DNA from: Lama guanicoe
Taxonomy: Eukaryota
Assembly (NCBI GenBank): GCA_013239625.1
Contig: MU054220.1
Coordinates: forward strand, 2,045,374 to 2,109,373
DNA length: 64,000 nucleotides
Direction of reading: 5' to 3'
Under the pieces are notes generated by a model that was not told where the DNA came from, made no database searches, and saw nothing but the letters and a program-made list of their open reading frames with translations. The translations under genes were made by a program, and so were the position numbers. Below are positions 26,114 through 38,200 of this stretch, in pieces. Position 1 is the stretch's first letter, and each line of letters opens with the position of its first letter.

Positions 26114-29100
26114 CTTACTGAGAAACTTCACTTCTTGAGGGGACAGGATGCACAAACAAGAACACATATTGGGGTTTTCCCCTCATATGCCTAATTGCTC
26201 ACTTTTCCTTTAAGAGGGGAGAGCATTAATTGGTTTTTGACTTCCCAGATATCTGCATATTTCTCTTTTTGCTCCTCTCCACTCCCAACACAGGTTAGTG
26301 GTGTGTGGCACTTGCCACAGTTCAAACCTAGTAGAAAAAGCCACTCTGTCCTCACTTTTTTAGTTAATTCTCCCCAACACAAGGTGAGGTTTTGTGGAAA
26401 GAAAGAAAGAAAACAAAAATCATTCTATCAAAGGAATGATTGGGAAACCAGTGGACCACCTACACTGGGAGGAAAAGGAAAGAGGAGGTTCTTCTCTTTG
26501 TGTTCTGAGTGATCTATTCTTAGCCTCCTCCAGCAGAAGCTTCAAACCTCCTAATTCTCCCTTTCCCTTAAAATTGTATATGCGTCTCATTTCTAGGCTC
26601 CTGTGAGTCACTCTGAGTTTGGCTGCGGTAAGGATAAAGGGACAGAGCCAAACTCAGAGCAGCATTTATTACCTTGAAGTAATAAATTTACTAATTTGGT
26701 ATTTGATGTGAATCTGCAAATCTGATAAAAACATTTGCCTTCTTCCTCCACCCTCGCCTCCACCCCTGCCTCCTCCCAACCCATGTACCTCAAGGTATGG
26801 GAGATTCATAACTTTCACCTGTGGCTTTTTATTATATTATTAATAAAGTATATAGAATGGTAATTATTAAGGATTATAATTTCATTTTGTTTCCGAGCAA
26901 CCTGAAGATATTCCCAGATCATTTCATTTGTCCTTGCAGAAACATTCTAATGCACTTCTCCCTTTTCTAAGTAGGGAAACTGAGGGACATGTCAGGAAAA
27001 TGACTTGTGTAGCATCATCCAGACAGTCAGTGGGAGAGCTGGAACTGGATTTCAGCGATCCCAACCTCCAGGCTAGTGGTCTGACCACTAAACCACACAG
27101 CCTCTTTTTAAAGGGTTTGTTGGCTTGGTTTTTATTTATTTATTTTTCCTTTTGCTCTGCCCTGCCAGCAACTGGAAGTTTCCAGATAAAAGAAGAGAAT
27201 TCTGAGTCCAGGCTGAACATTTGACATCCTCTTATTTGTGGAGCGTTATCTTGGGACTTGGAGGGTGCTGCTGTTGGGGTCTGTGTGGTGGAGCTGGGAA
27301 GCAGCCCCAAGAATATAGCTTTGTTTGGGCATTAACCCATTTGCGGTTATAATAATGATAAGTTTCAGCACCAGTGGCGCCTGACTGTTAATGACTCAAA
27401 GAAAGCTAAATAAGAACAAGATGTCATCTCTGGAGCAATTTGTAGGTTTTTCCTACAACTCCATCCCTTCCATAAAAATCCTAAGGACCCTTATATTTAA
27501 AGTCAGTCTTCCACTCTTAATGTCCTAAACAGTCCATTGAGGAGGAAGACTTAGAAAGGGGCAGGTGGTTGCTAGGCAGGTTACAAGAAAATTTGGGGTT
27601 GCACAAAAATAGTAGGTAGCCTTTTATTGGTAATAGAATTACTGTTTATATTTTTCTTCTTCATACTTTTCTATATTGTTAAATTTTTCTATAATAGGCA
27701 TACATTATAACCTGAAACCAAACAAACAATAAATGAGTGGCTTGAAAATCTTTAAAAAGCTTTTTAAGCAGAAGTGATGACTTTCACAGACAGTGTTTGT
27801 TTTTCCCAAGAAGGAGCCATCACTTTTAGATTTCTCTTCTGCCACACATTACATGAATAGATTTTGGCAACACGTCAGTGGCAGAGGAAGTTTTTCAGTG
27901 AAAGATACACAATATTGGGTCTTAAGAAAAGAGGAACTACACAAGAATTGTTTAAGTCAAGTGCATTTCTGTGACCCTGTTAAATGTTAAGGAAAAAAAC
28001 ATTCAATTCCAGCCTTCAGTTTACTCGGGTTTTTCAGGTTCCTAAATTATCATTACATATTTCTAAAAACTTTATCTAAACAAATAATCATCCACGTAAA
28101 CCAGCAAGTCATAAATCAACTTCCTAATCCTGAAAATAAGCAAATCATATAAAATTTATCAAAACAGAGAAAGGGCAATGAGATGTGACAGTCAAGTACT
28201 ACAATTTAAGGAATGGAAACATCAAACTCAACACAATAGGAAAAATACCCACAAGAGAGGATATGATGAGATATCCACTTATCAGATTATAATTCCTAAT
28301 TATAAAGAGAAAATTAATAGACATTGCTGGCTCTGCAGAGGACCTATGAGAGATTCATAGGGAAGAAAATCCTCCCTGGAATTGAAAACTAGAAAAGCAA
28401 ACATAAATGTACTAAATAGTTTTAAACCTCAAAAAAAAAAAACAAACAATAAGGGAAGAAAAAATGCAGTCGGAATTATTGCTACAAAACAGGTTCAAGA
28501 AACTAGGACAAGCTTTTATCAACTCATCAAGCAGAAAGATGCTAAAGGCTAAGTAGCTACTAAGAAATGCAGGTCATGAAATTCATGCTGAGCTACTAGG
28601 CTCGTCTTAAAAGACTTATGTTCCATAAGAGCAAAGCAGAAACTAAGTGTAATGCCACTGTCTGAGATTTACATGTTTAGTTAAAAATGCTATTTGCAGA
28701 CAAATCATTTTGGACTGCCACAGGTCAACAGACCAGAGCTGTGGGAGAATCTGCAAAGAAAAAGAAACGTTCACAAATTCTTGGGCAGTTAAGAATAACT
28801 AATGCATTATGAGAAAGTAGTTAAGAGGATATGGCTTAAATTGAACAGGAGCTCAAAGACAATTACAGACTTGTAACTTCTTATTATTTTATATTTTCAA
28901 ATGCTGCAAAAAAGAGTTGGGAATTACACTTTCAGAGAGTTTAAAAGGGAGGACGATTTTCTGACCCTTTTTGGTAGCCCATAACAAATAGCTGTGCCTT
29001 CTTCTGTCCTGGAATATATTCCTTGATAAACATTTATGTTATTTTAAAAAACTATTTGATTTCTCCTACTAGACTGTGATTTTCTGGAGGGCAGAGTCTT

Positions 29101-29589
29101 CATCTTTAAGTTTCTAGGACAATGCACAGCGCCTGACAGAATAAATGCCTGTTAAATAGACTCCCCCGGCCCCCGCCCCCACCACCCGGATGAAAAATCT
29201 AGAAAATAAAAGTCATCCAATCCATAGGACTTAAGGTTGCCTCACAAGAACCAATTCATGAAACAAATTCATTAAATAAAAAGGCCAGCAAAAGGCAAGG
29301 CATCACTGAGAAGGAGATTAAAAATCGATGAGAAAGCATTTGCATCTCCTTCCTACACGTAAATCCTCTGTGTGACAGATCACCATATCTTAAGAAAGAC
29401 CGAAGAAAAAAGCAACTAACTCAACAAAAGGTGTAGAGGCAATGCTGCATGTGGAGAGGCTAAGAGAACTGGTTCAGAAGGATGAAACAAAATATGTTAG
29501 AAATCATTAAATAAACTTAGGATCTGAACTGGAAGTTCCCAAATATCAGACTCTTAGGACAAAAAGCTGCAGTCTATGTGTCTATTTTT

Positions 29590-31230
29590 TCTCCCCCAAG
29601 CCATCCACTACATTGTTACAAGAGTTTATTGTTCTAAAATTCAAATTTGACCATGTTACTTCCTTACTTTAAAAGCATTGCTAACTCACCATTACTAGGA
29701 TGAAGCAAAATTCCTTAACATGCAGATGTGTACATCCCTTCACAGTCTGGTCCTAACCTACTTTTCCAGCCACTCTGCCATTCACTCTTCCCTACACACT
29801 TAATGCCCTAGCCGTACCTTCTTACTTGCTATTCCCAAACATACTGAGCTCTTTCACATCCTTTTGCTTGGGCATGAGCAGTTCTCTCCACCTAGAATGT
29901 ATTTCTCTCACATTTTCTGCCTAGTAAACTCTTCCACATCCTATTAGACCTAGACAAAATGCCACCACCTCCATGAAACCTTATCCAATCTCTTAAGTAA
30001 AATAAGATAAAGGCAGTGAATGAGAACAAGACAAATGTAAGGTGGTAAGTTCTGAGGCTGTGACATTGAGCTGAAACCAGCCATGGATGAGTCTGGGGAA
30101 ACAGCATTCTAAGTAGAGGAGACAGCTCACGCAAAAGTGGTAAGACAGAAATGATAGCATATTGCAGAGCTGAAAGAAAGACAGCAGGGCCAGAGAATGA
30201 CTAAGGGGAAAAGTAGGTAAAGAAGTAGGCAGAGGCCAGCTCATGGAAGACTTTGAAGGGCACATGAGAAGTACAGATCTTATTCCAAGGGCCATAGGAA
30301 GCCTTTGGAAGGTTTTAAGCCCAGTAATGTTATGATCTGATTTGTCTTTTAGGAAGTCACTGCGGCTTCTGTGGAGAAGGTAAATTATTATAAAGGGGCA
30401 AGTGTGAAAACAGATCCTTTACATAAGAGGCTTGATTCATGTTTGTTACTAAATGAGTATTTATTCCTTGATCCATTTGCTTATCCACTATTCTAAATTT
30501 ATCTTTGCTGCTGAAATAAGCAAGATGTATTGAGATGTTTGCTGCAAAGACTCTACTTACATGTGCCAGGTGTGTGACTATCAAGCTTTCAGGAGATAAA
30601 AAACGTGCTTTTCAGGGTGTGCCCAAGTTAGGCCAGGGAAGTGAATCAGCCATGATACCCAGATCCTAACTGCAATGCTACTGCTGAGCTGGAGCCTGAA
30701 AAGCGTTGGTACTAGAAATGGTGGCATGCAATTAAAGAAAGCACAGAAATGCAAATCAGAGTATTTCCTTCTACTTTCTTCTTCTTTTTTTAAAATTCTG
30801 GTCTCCAGTAATAGCCCCCTGAACCTAGATAAAAGCACACCTATTGTTAAAGTTAATGATGTTTTCCTATAAATCCTACCAGCTCTTTCCTGTCTCGGGG
30901 CCTTTGTACATACTGTTCCCTCTGCCTAGAAGACCTGCCCCATCCACTCTTAGCCTGATGAATCTTACTCAGCTTAAGTGTCAGTGCCTCTGACAGGCTT
31001 TCCTTGAACCTCCAAATCTAAATCAAGTTTCTCCTTTCATAGAGCCCTGTACTTTTCTGTGAACGCCCCTATCTTTGTGGCTTTCAATTCATTCGTAAGA
31101 TCATTCTTTTAATGCCTCTGTATACTTGTAGCCTCCCCCACCATCAGACTGTAAGTTCCGGAAACCCAATATATCTGTTTACCACTGCTTCTACAGTGCT
31201 TGGTACATAACACACCCATAATAAATACTT
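29590..31230. mobile_element. cluster of L2 fragments in both orientations
   Basis: L2-like pieces at about 29590-29990 (+), 30000-30360 (-) and 30880-31230 (+). Confidence 0.6.
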
Positions 31231-31431
31231 ACTCTTACTAAGTTGAGTTAATGCTGAAAATAGGCATCCCTAAGCAGATAGGTATAGGACTCTTAGCTCC
31301 TTTAGCTGTGTTTTCTCTTGTTTTCCATTCTATAGCTTTAATAACTCCTTCCCCCCATTCACACAAGAAAGTGATTCTAGAGATAAGATGGAGCAACTCT
31401 TTGCAGATTCATATTCTTAAACTTTAAAAAT

Positions 31432-31625
31432 CAGGGTCTCTCAATCTCAGCACTATACACATTTGGGGCTGGAGAGTTCCTTGTGCAGAGTGAAGTCCTG
31501 CTTATTGTAAGATGTTTAGCAGCATCCTTGGCTTCTACTCATTATTTGCCAGTAATACCTACTCCCAAAAATGTTTCCATGTATGGCCCCATGTCTACAA
31601 AATCACTCCTGATTGAGAACCACTG
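31432..31625 (+). mobile_element. MER20-like hAT-Charlie element
   Basis: CAGGGTCTCTCAA...TTGAGAACCACTG TIRs; core TTGTAAGATGTTTAGCAGCATCC. Confidence 0.85.
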
Positions 31626-33989
31626 TTTTAAAGTGTGAAAAATCAAGACTTTCACTCTTTTAGAAGAATTACATTTTAGAAGTTCAGGTTGTTGAATGAT
31701 TCTTAGGTTATAAGAGGATTCTACCAACCCAACTGCATCAAAACAGTGCCCATTTCAATCTTGTTTCCATATCACCCCCTGTGTTTCCTTTGAAAAGGCC
31801 ATTTAGTGATGGTCTAATTCAGGGCAATATTGTGATCTTGGAAATTCAGTCCCCTGGTCTGTCCTAGAAGGATGAAGGAAAGGGGTGATGTCTCTGAGGA
31901 AACCAATGCCCCTGAGACCCCTCTGGAATTGGCAATCCCCCACAACTCTTCTAGGGGCATGTCCCAGAGGACAATAAAAGGGAGATCAACAGCCCATTCT
32001 GGCATGCTTTTCAGGATCTCTCACTCCAAACAAGAAAGTCTGAGAGGCCTGGTAAAAATAAATATGGCTTAGCACTCCTGGCACAAGAGCAGTTTCTGAC
32101 AGCCAAGACTTAACTCACCCTAGGGGGTCACCCAGCCAGGGACTATGCATGAAGTTCATTTCTACCCATTGATATTCCCAGTGACTCACAGCAGCCTGGG
32201 ATGGCTCTGTGCACCAGAACTGTGCGGAATTATGGAGGAGGAAGCCTTGAGATGCACACAGAAAATGCAGTCTCTTGAGCCTGAGTCAGACAGTGACAGC
32301 CCACCTCCCTCTTCCTGCTCAAACCCAGAAAAACAACACAAATCACTCTGGAAAGGAACCTGTCCTTTGAATACAGAGTGGAAACTGTTTATAAATTCTT
32401 AATCCCCTGACATTGAAAGTATGGTGACCGCCTGTCCTGGATTTTGGGGGACAAATGTATCCATTATACCACATGTCCTTTGTTTTCATGTGGAAAAAAT
32501 ATGGTTTCCAGAATCATAAGGTCTTCTTCAATAGGTCGGAAAGCAAGTCTTCCTAAGCAACATACATTGAAACCCTGAGACCAATGAAGACTGCATCAAA
32601 AATGTTGTGGGGAGAGGTATTGAGAATTAGCCCCTACTTTTTCACTTTTTCCTCCTTGGATTTTAGGCTAAGATGAGATAGGCCTTAAAGGTTGACTGTC
32701 ATTCCTAGTAGTAAGATCATGTAAACCTGACCTGACTCCACTGCCGCCTTCAGTCAGCAAGAAGAACTACACACGCAGAAAACGCCTAGGTATTAGTTAC
32801 CATGGTGATGTTAGTTCAACCACATTTCAAGAAAAACTGTAGAGAAGTACTGGCTAAGAAGGAATTAACACCACATTTTTTTGTTGTTGTTGCTGTCGCA
32901 AAGTTAATGTTAGCTTTGGTCAAAGACGGTAATCTGAAGTGAAAGCCTTTGAAAAATTGCAAACAAGCAAGGATGAAATGGCAACCAATCCATTGGAGAA
33001 ATCTCCTAATATCCTCTTTGCACTACGCCAAATTACTTTCCCCTCAGCTAACATGGGGCATTTGGGTCTTTCTGGCTCTGTTTACTGGTGGAAGGAAAGT
33101 GGTTTAACAAAATCGCAGAAGATCCAAAAGCCGGGAACTGTTAGCATACCAGCTTGGAGGGAAAAATGGTACACTGGACCCTGAGGAAGCTGGGGACTTG
33201 GACAAAAGTAGCAAGACAAGATTCCACCTAGAAAATGGAAGGCAGTAACAGAATTAATCCACTTTTATTAATATGTACTGGGGTTAGGCATAGGCCACTA
33301 AGCTAAGACAAGAGAGGAATTTATAACTTTATGTAGTAACCCAAAAGTTAAATATTTCTAGAAGGCCCTACAAACTGAGGCTGAGAGGAAGCTGAGGTCT
33401 CTGGGGGAGTGCAAATGCAAGTAAGCACTTACTTCCTTACCCCTCTTCCTTCCTTGCCAGGATCAGAAAGTCAAGGAAGGTGAAGAGGCTAACTACGCTA
33501 ATTTACAAAGACAGCAAGGAGGAACTATGTCTGGGCCAATTCTGGACGTCTGAGCTGGGGCCGCAGGACCCAGACAACCACCTCAGGAAATGAGTAAATG
33601 AAAAGGGGAGGTCGTCGAATTACTTAGCCCTTGAACAGCGCTGCCTAGACGGGGGTGGGGGAGGCGTGGTGGAGCAAGAAGAAAATCTCAGAAAAGGAAT
33701 TTTGACATTGAGAATGCTAGTTAAGATACAGCACTCCAGGCCCCCTGATGTCCCTTGTTTGATGTCCATAAAGACCGAGAGGATTATGCATTAGTAAGCC
33801 TTGCGTATTCTGAGACATCAATGAAGTCTGGACTTAGGCCGGTAGGGGGGCCGGGGTCACGTCCAGGCGACTTGGGTCAGTCCGGGTGCACCTCTCTGGC
33901 ACAGAGCTTGAGTAAGCGGGATCCGAGGTCTGCAGCTAGGCTAATACTGTAAGTTAAGGACTTTCGAGCAGTAATAATGGGGACAGTGA

Positions 33990-35270
33990 GGGGGGGCTCT
34001 CTCGAGGTTTAGGAATGTGGGGGCGGCCTGAAGAGGAGCTGGGCCAGGGCCAGAGGCGCCGGCGGGTGGGGTCCGGGGACAGGGGGGCGGGGGCCGAGGG
34101 CGGGAAGGGGCCGGGCCGGCGCTGGGGGCGGGACCAGGCGCGGTGGCGGTGGCGGGGGCTGCGGCTCGGGGGGCGGGGCGGCCTGGCCCGGGACACCCCC
34201 TCCCGGTCCCCTGGCGGGGCGGCTTCGGCTCCGACAGCATTGGAGGCAGCAGCGGCCGGCGGGCTACTTGCGGGGCTTACCCGCCGCCGTGGACCGGGAC
34301 GCTTCCCCTCGGGGACCCTCCGCCGACTCCCTCCTCCGCGCCGTCCCGCGGAAGCCGGCGGGACCCCGGCCGGCAGGGAGCGCCGGCGGCGGTCGCGGCA
34401 CCATGAGGCGGCCGTGGGGCGCGCTGCTGCTTGGCGCCCTGCTCTGTGCACACGGTAAGCGGCGCCGCCGCGCCCGCGCCGACCGGCCCGCCGGGAAAGT
34501 TTGTCCCTGGGTCCGGCCGCTGCAGGACTCACCTCCCGAGAGCAGGACGGTGCAGGCTGGGGCCTGAGACCCCTCGCCCTCACTCCAAGCAGTAGCCCGG
34601 AGATTGCATGCCAGGGAGGGGACCGGGAGCTCCCCCAGTTCCTCCAGTGTTAGACGGGGCAGCGACGGAGGATCTCCCTGGGCTCGGGTCTGGGCCGGCC
34701 TGGGGGAAGATCCGAGGCGTTCGCTCGCCTCCCTCGCTGCTCTTTGAAGAGCTGGCGGCTGCTTCCCTTTCAGGTTTAGACAGGGTCTCTGTGTCCTTGG
34801 TGCGAATGAATGTATTTACGAAGAAAGGGAGGCGGGGAAGGATGGTCGCTAAACCGTAAATTGTAAATAGCCCTCCTTCCAGGGGCTTGGGGTCTCGAGA
34901 GGATTGCGGAGAGAGCCCCCAGTGGAATCTGAATACTTGAGCTTGGGGAATCCGCCACTCGAGGAACGGTTCCTCGGACTGCAGACCATGCTCCCGCCGA
35001 GGGTCTTTGGGCACTGCTTGCTCTCAGCATCTCTACTTAGTGGTGTTTTGGGTTCCCTCTCCTGGCTGCGACCAATCAGCTTCCTGCCCTGGTTCCTTCC
35101 CGGAGCGGGGGGAGGGGGGAAACAAGGTTGGAAAGGGGTTAGAGGAGGGACATAGGGAAGAAACTGCTGGAAGGCTCCCGCAGATCCGTCCTGGCCGGGA
35201 TAGAGGGGCGGGTATCGCCGAACCTCAGGAGGCAGCCTCCCGGCCCGCGCGGTGGCCCTCGGGGGAGCTG
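33990..35270 (+). promoter_or_regulatory. LRP4 CpG-island promoter, 5' UTR and start of intron 1
   Basis: Very high GC and CpG density around exon 1; GC boxes GGGGCGGGG at 34084-34092 and 34170-34178; no obvious TATA box. Confidence 0.9.
34403..34454 (+). CDS. LRP4: LRP4 exon 1 (signal peptide)
   Basis: GGCACCATG Kozak context; MRRPWGALLLGALLCAH; donor G|gtaagc; 52 nt. Confidence 0.97.
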
Positions 35271-38200
35271 GAGGGATGGCAGCAGGACTGCTGCTTCATC
35301 TGCTCCTTATTAATAACTTGTTTGGTGCTCATACGCAACTGTTGTGTGTGATTAGGGCTCCAGTGGAATCTGTTTCTCCGCAGCCACGGGGACCGTGGGT
35401 GCACCCCGTGATTTAGCAGCTGCCTCTAGTTTGTGCTCAAAGATCAAAGAACTTTGATCTTTGTACCCCAACCTTATTCACCCACCGCTCTTCAACCGGG
35501 GAAGATCCGAATTTTCCCCCACTCCCCGCAGCTCGGCTGAGGCGTTTGGGTTCAGAATGGAGGGGTCTGTAGACCACGGCCTTACACCGATTCTTTCTTT
35601 AACTCAAAGGGAGCTCGTGTAGAAATAGTACAGATTTCGGAACTTGCCTGGCAGGGCGTGGAGATCCCTGAGCACTTGTTTTAAAGATTGGTTTACTTCC
35701 CAAATCCAAAACAGAGTTCTCCTGTCTGTTATTTAAACTACCCGTGGGTTTTAAATGACTTTTTCCATGCCCACTCTAACCCGACTGAGCTCTTAACCCT
35801 TCCTCTCTGAGTAGTAGCCTAGTGGACCCACGTTTCTCTTTGCACTGTGCTCCCCGCCTCCCGGGCTCTCTCCTAGGAGGTTATTTGTAGCCTCTTTGGC
35901 GTGTCGGGACAGCGGCCCTACTGGGGTAGGAATGTAGCTGCTCTTCCCACCACATGGGCCCCTTAAAGGGACAGCTATGCTTTTTGGGGGCTTTCCCCCT
36001 TCGGGCTGCAAGGGAAGGGGATGGAACTTTTCTCTCGGCCCCCTGGAGGAAGTTTTGAAAAAGATCAAGGGAAATGGCACGGCCCTGGAAAAAAAAAAAA
36101 AAAAGGCTAAAACAGATACAAACAAAGCCAGAGAGAAGATTGTCGCCTTCTGCCCTAGGGAAAGGGGAGCTGGAAGGTTCCAGGCTGAGACTGGCCAAGA
36201 GGGTTTTATTGCTCCAGAGCTGTCAAAACTGCATACACTACATCTGTGTTGAGAATGGGGGTAGAAAATTGTGCATATTTTATGCTTCAAAGAAGAAGGA
36301 TGAGAGGGTTCTTGGTAACTCTTTGGGTTCTTTTTAAAGGCAAGAAGTTTAATAGAAATTTCTAAGCATGAGAGGCTTTCTGTGCATACGCGTAAGGATG
36401 CTCCATGGCACCAAGATCTCAACTTCACCTAGCCCAGTACTGAGCCATCCTCGGGAGGCCTGGAGGGGACAGATTCTTGGTTCACCAATGAGACTGAGCA
36501 GTTGCTTAACCAAAAATAATACCACCAGGAGGATCCCACACTATGTTCCAGGGGCTGAGGGAGAAGCTAATGTGTCATAGTAGATCAATTTGGCAAATCT
36601 GACCATAGCTAGGAATGAATTCAAGACACTAAAGTTTAAGGTGCTTATTTGGATGCTGCTAGTACTGGGGGTTTTTCTTAGACCCTGTAGGTTTGGCCAG
36701 AGCCTATATAATACTCCAACCTTAAAGATTTCGGAAGGAAACTTGGTTACTGTTAATAGCCCTGGGTATCCTCCTGCTGAGGGTTGAGGTGAGGCCTCGG
36801 ACAACCTACCACCATTTGAAGAGTAGAAACCCTTTTTGTCTTAGAGGTCTCTTCCAGGTAAGTGAAAAGTTGAAAATTCTGTCCAGGAGTGCTTTGATAG
36901 ATAGAGGGTTGTTTCTGAGGAAGACTGCAAAAGAGGGGAGCTGAGACTGGTTTCCTTTCCATCTGGTGTTGCCATGGTGCTTGGTTGACCTTGTCCCTGA
37001 TCTTACTGGACTTGTGAAAGATGCTTGGCTTGTCACTGATTTTGGATTTCCTCTTCTGTCCCCTGTTGAATATCATATAACATCTTTGGGACTGGCACAT
37101 GGTATTAAGAATGACAGGTGCAAGGAAGCTGAGTATGGCTGTGTCTGATACAGAGCACGTTGGGTATGTCCATCTTCTGGGCCAGCAGAGAACACAAGAC
37201 ATCACAGAGGACAGGGTTTTACAGGTCTTCCTCACTCTTTCTACTGCTTGACTGCTAATCAGGATCCCCAAGAAGAAGGAAAATGGGACAGATTGGCTGT
37301 GTTGCTTCTCCTTTGAAGAGAAGATCAATCCTAGGAGCTTCCTAAATAGGAACAGAATTTCAGAGACTGCTTTAAGAAGTAGTCTTGTCTTTTTTATGAT
37401 TGGGCACATCTCATAATTACGAGACATTTCCATGCCTTTGGCCGACTAGGTCTGTTTGTCTGCTCCAGCCACAGTCTCTACATTCCTTGACGCAGTTTAG
37501 CCACGAGTTTTGTCACAGTTGCCTGGACATGGGGCATCTGGGCCCCAGACTGTGTCTGGATTAGCATCTCATCTTCAGCATCAGAAGCCCGTCTCCCCTT
37601 CTCAGCCTGGTGGGATTCAACGTCCCAGGAAAGACTTTATGCCTAATGGTTGGCTGGCAGAGCCAGGGTTTGGCCCTATAAATAACCGCTGAATGCCTGT
37701 GCTGGCCACGCTCCTTCCAGCTTAGAGCTAACAGGGTCAGGTTCTTTCTCCCCAGCACACTCAGGAGCAGTCCCTAAACTGGTATCTGCACCCATTCATT
37801 TGTTCATTCATTCCGCAAACACACATTTGTCAAGCACTAATCTAATCACCACATGCATAGCTCGGTGATCAGGAAGTACAGGCAGGCCTGGGTTTGAATC
37901 TCGGCTTCAGCCCTTTTTGCTGACCCTGTACAAAATATTTAATCTCCCGGAACTTCAGTGTTCTTCTCTGTAAGTGGGGGGAGGGGTGGAGTAGTAATAA
38001 ATTATCACAGGAGGATATTGTAAAAATTATAGGAAATAATAGTACGTTCAAACCATTCAATCAGAGCCTGACAACTGCTGTGTGACTATAGGCTGGGATA
38101 AATGTTACTTCTTTGTTAGCATGCTTCAGAAGTGGATTAGAGATGGTTCTCGCCTTTGGACTATGGGAGCCAGGCAAACAAATAATTATACTACAATGTC

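Noticed and set aside
27364..27381. REST/RE1-like or CTCF-like motif TTCAGCACCAGTGGCGCC
   Set aside because: Only the left RE1 half-site is present, GGACAG is missing, and the CTCF spacing is off
33941..35014. Long GC-rich ORFs on both strands around LRP4 exon 1 (e.g. 209 aa at 33954-34583, minus strand)
   Set aside because: Low-complexity Arg/Gly/Pro/Ala products expected from stop-codon scarcity in a CpG island; no recognisable domain
35793..37433. 211-aa and 226-aa antisense ORFs in LRP4 intron 1
   Set aside because: No recognisable protein features; one runs through a poly(T) tract; no supporting splice or promoter structure
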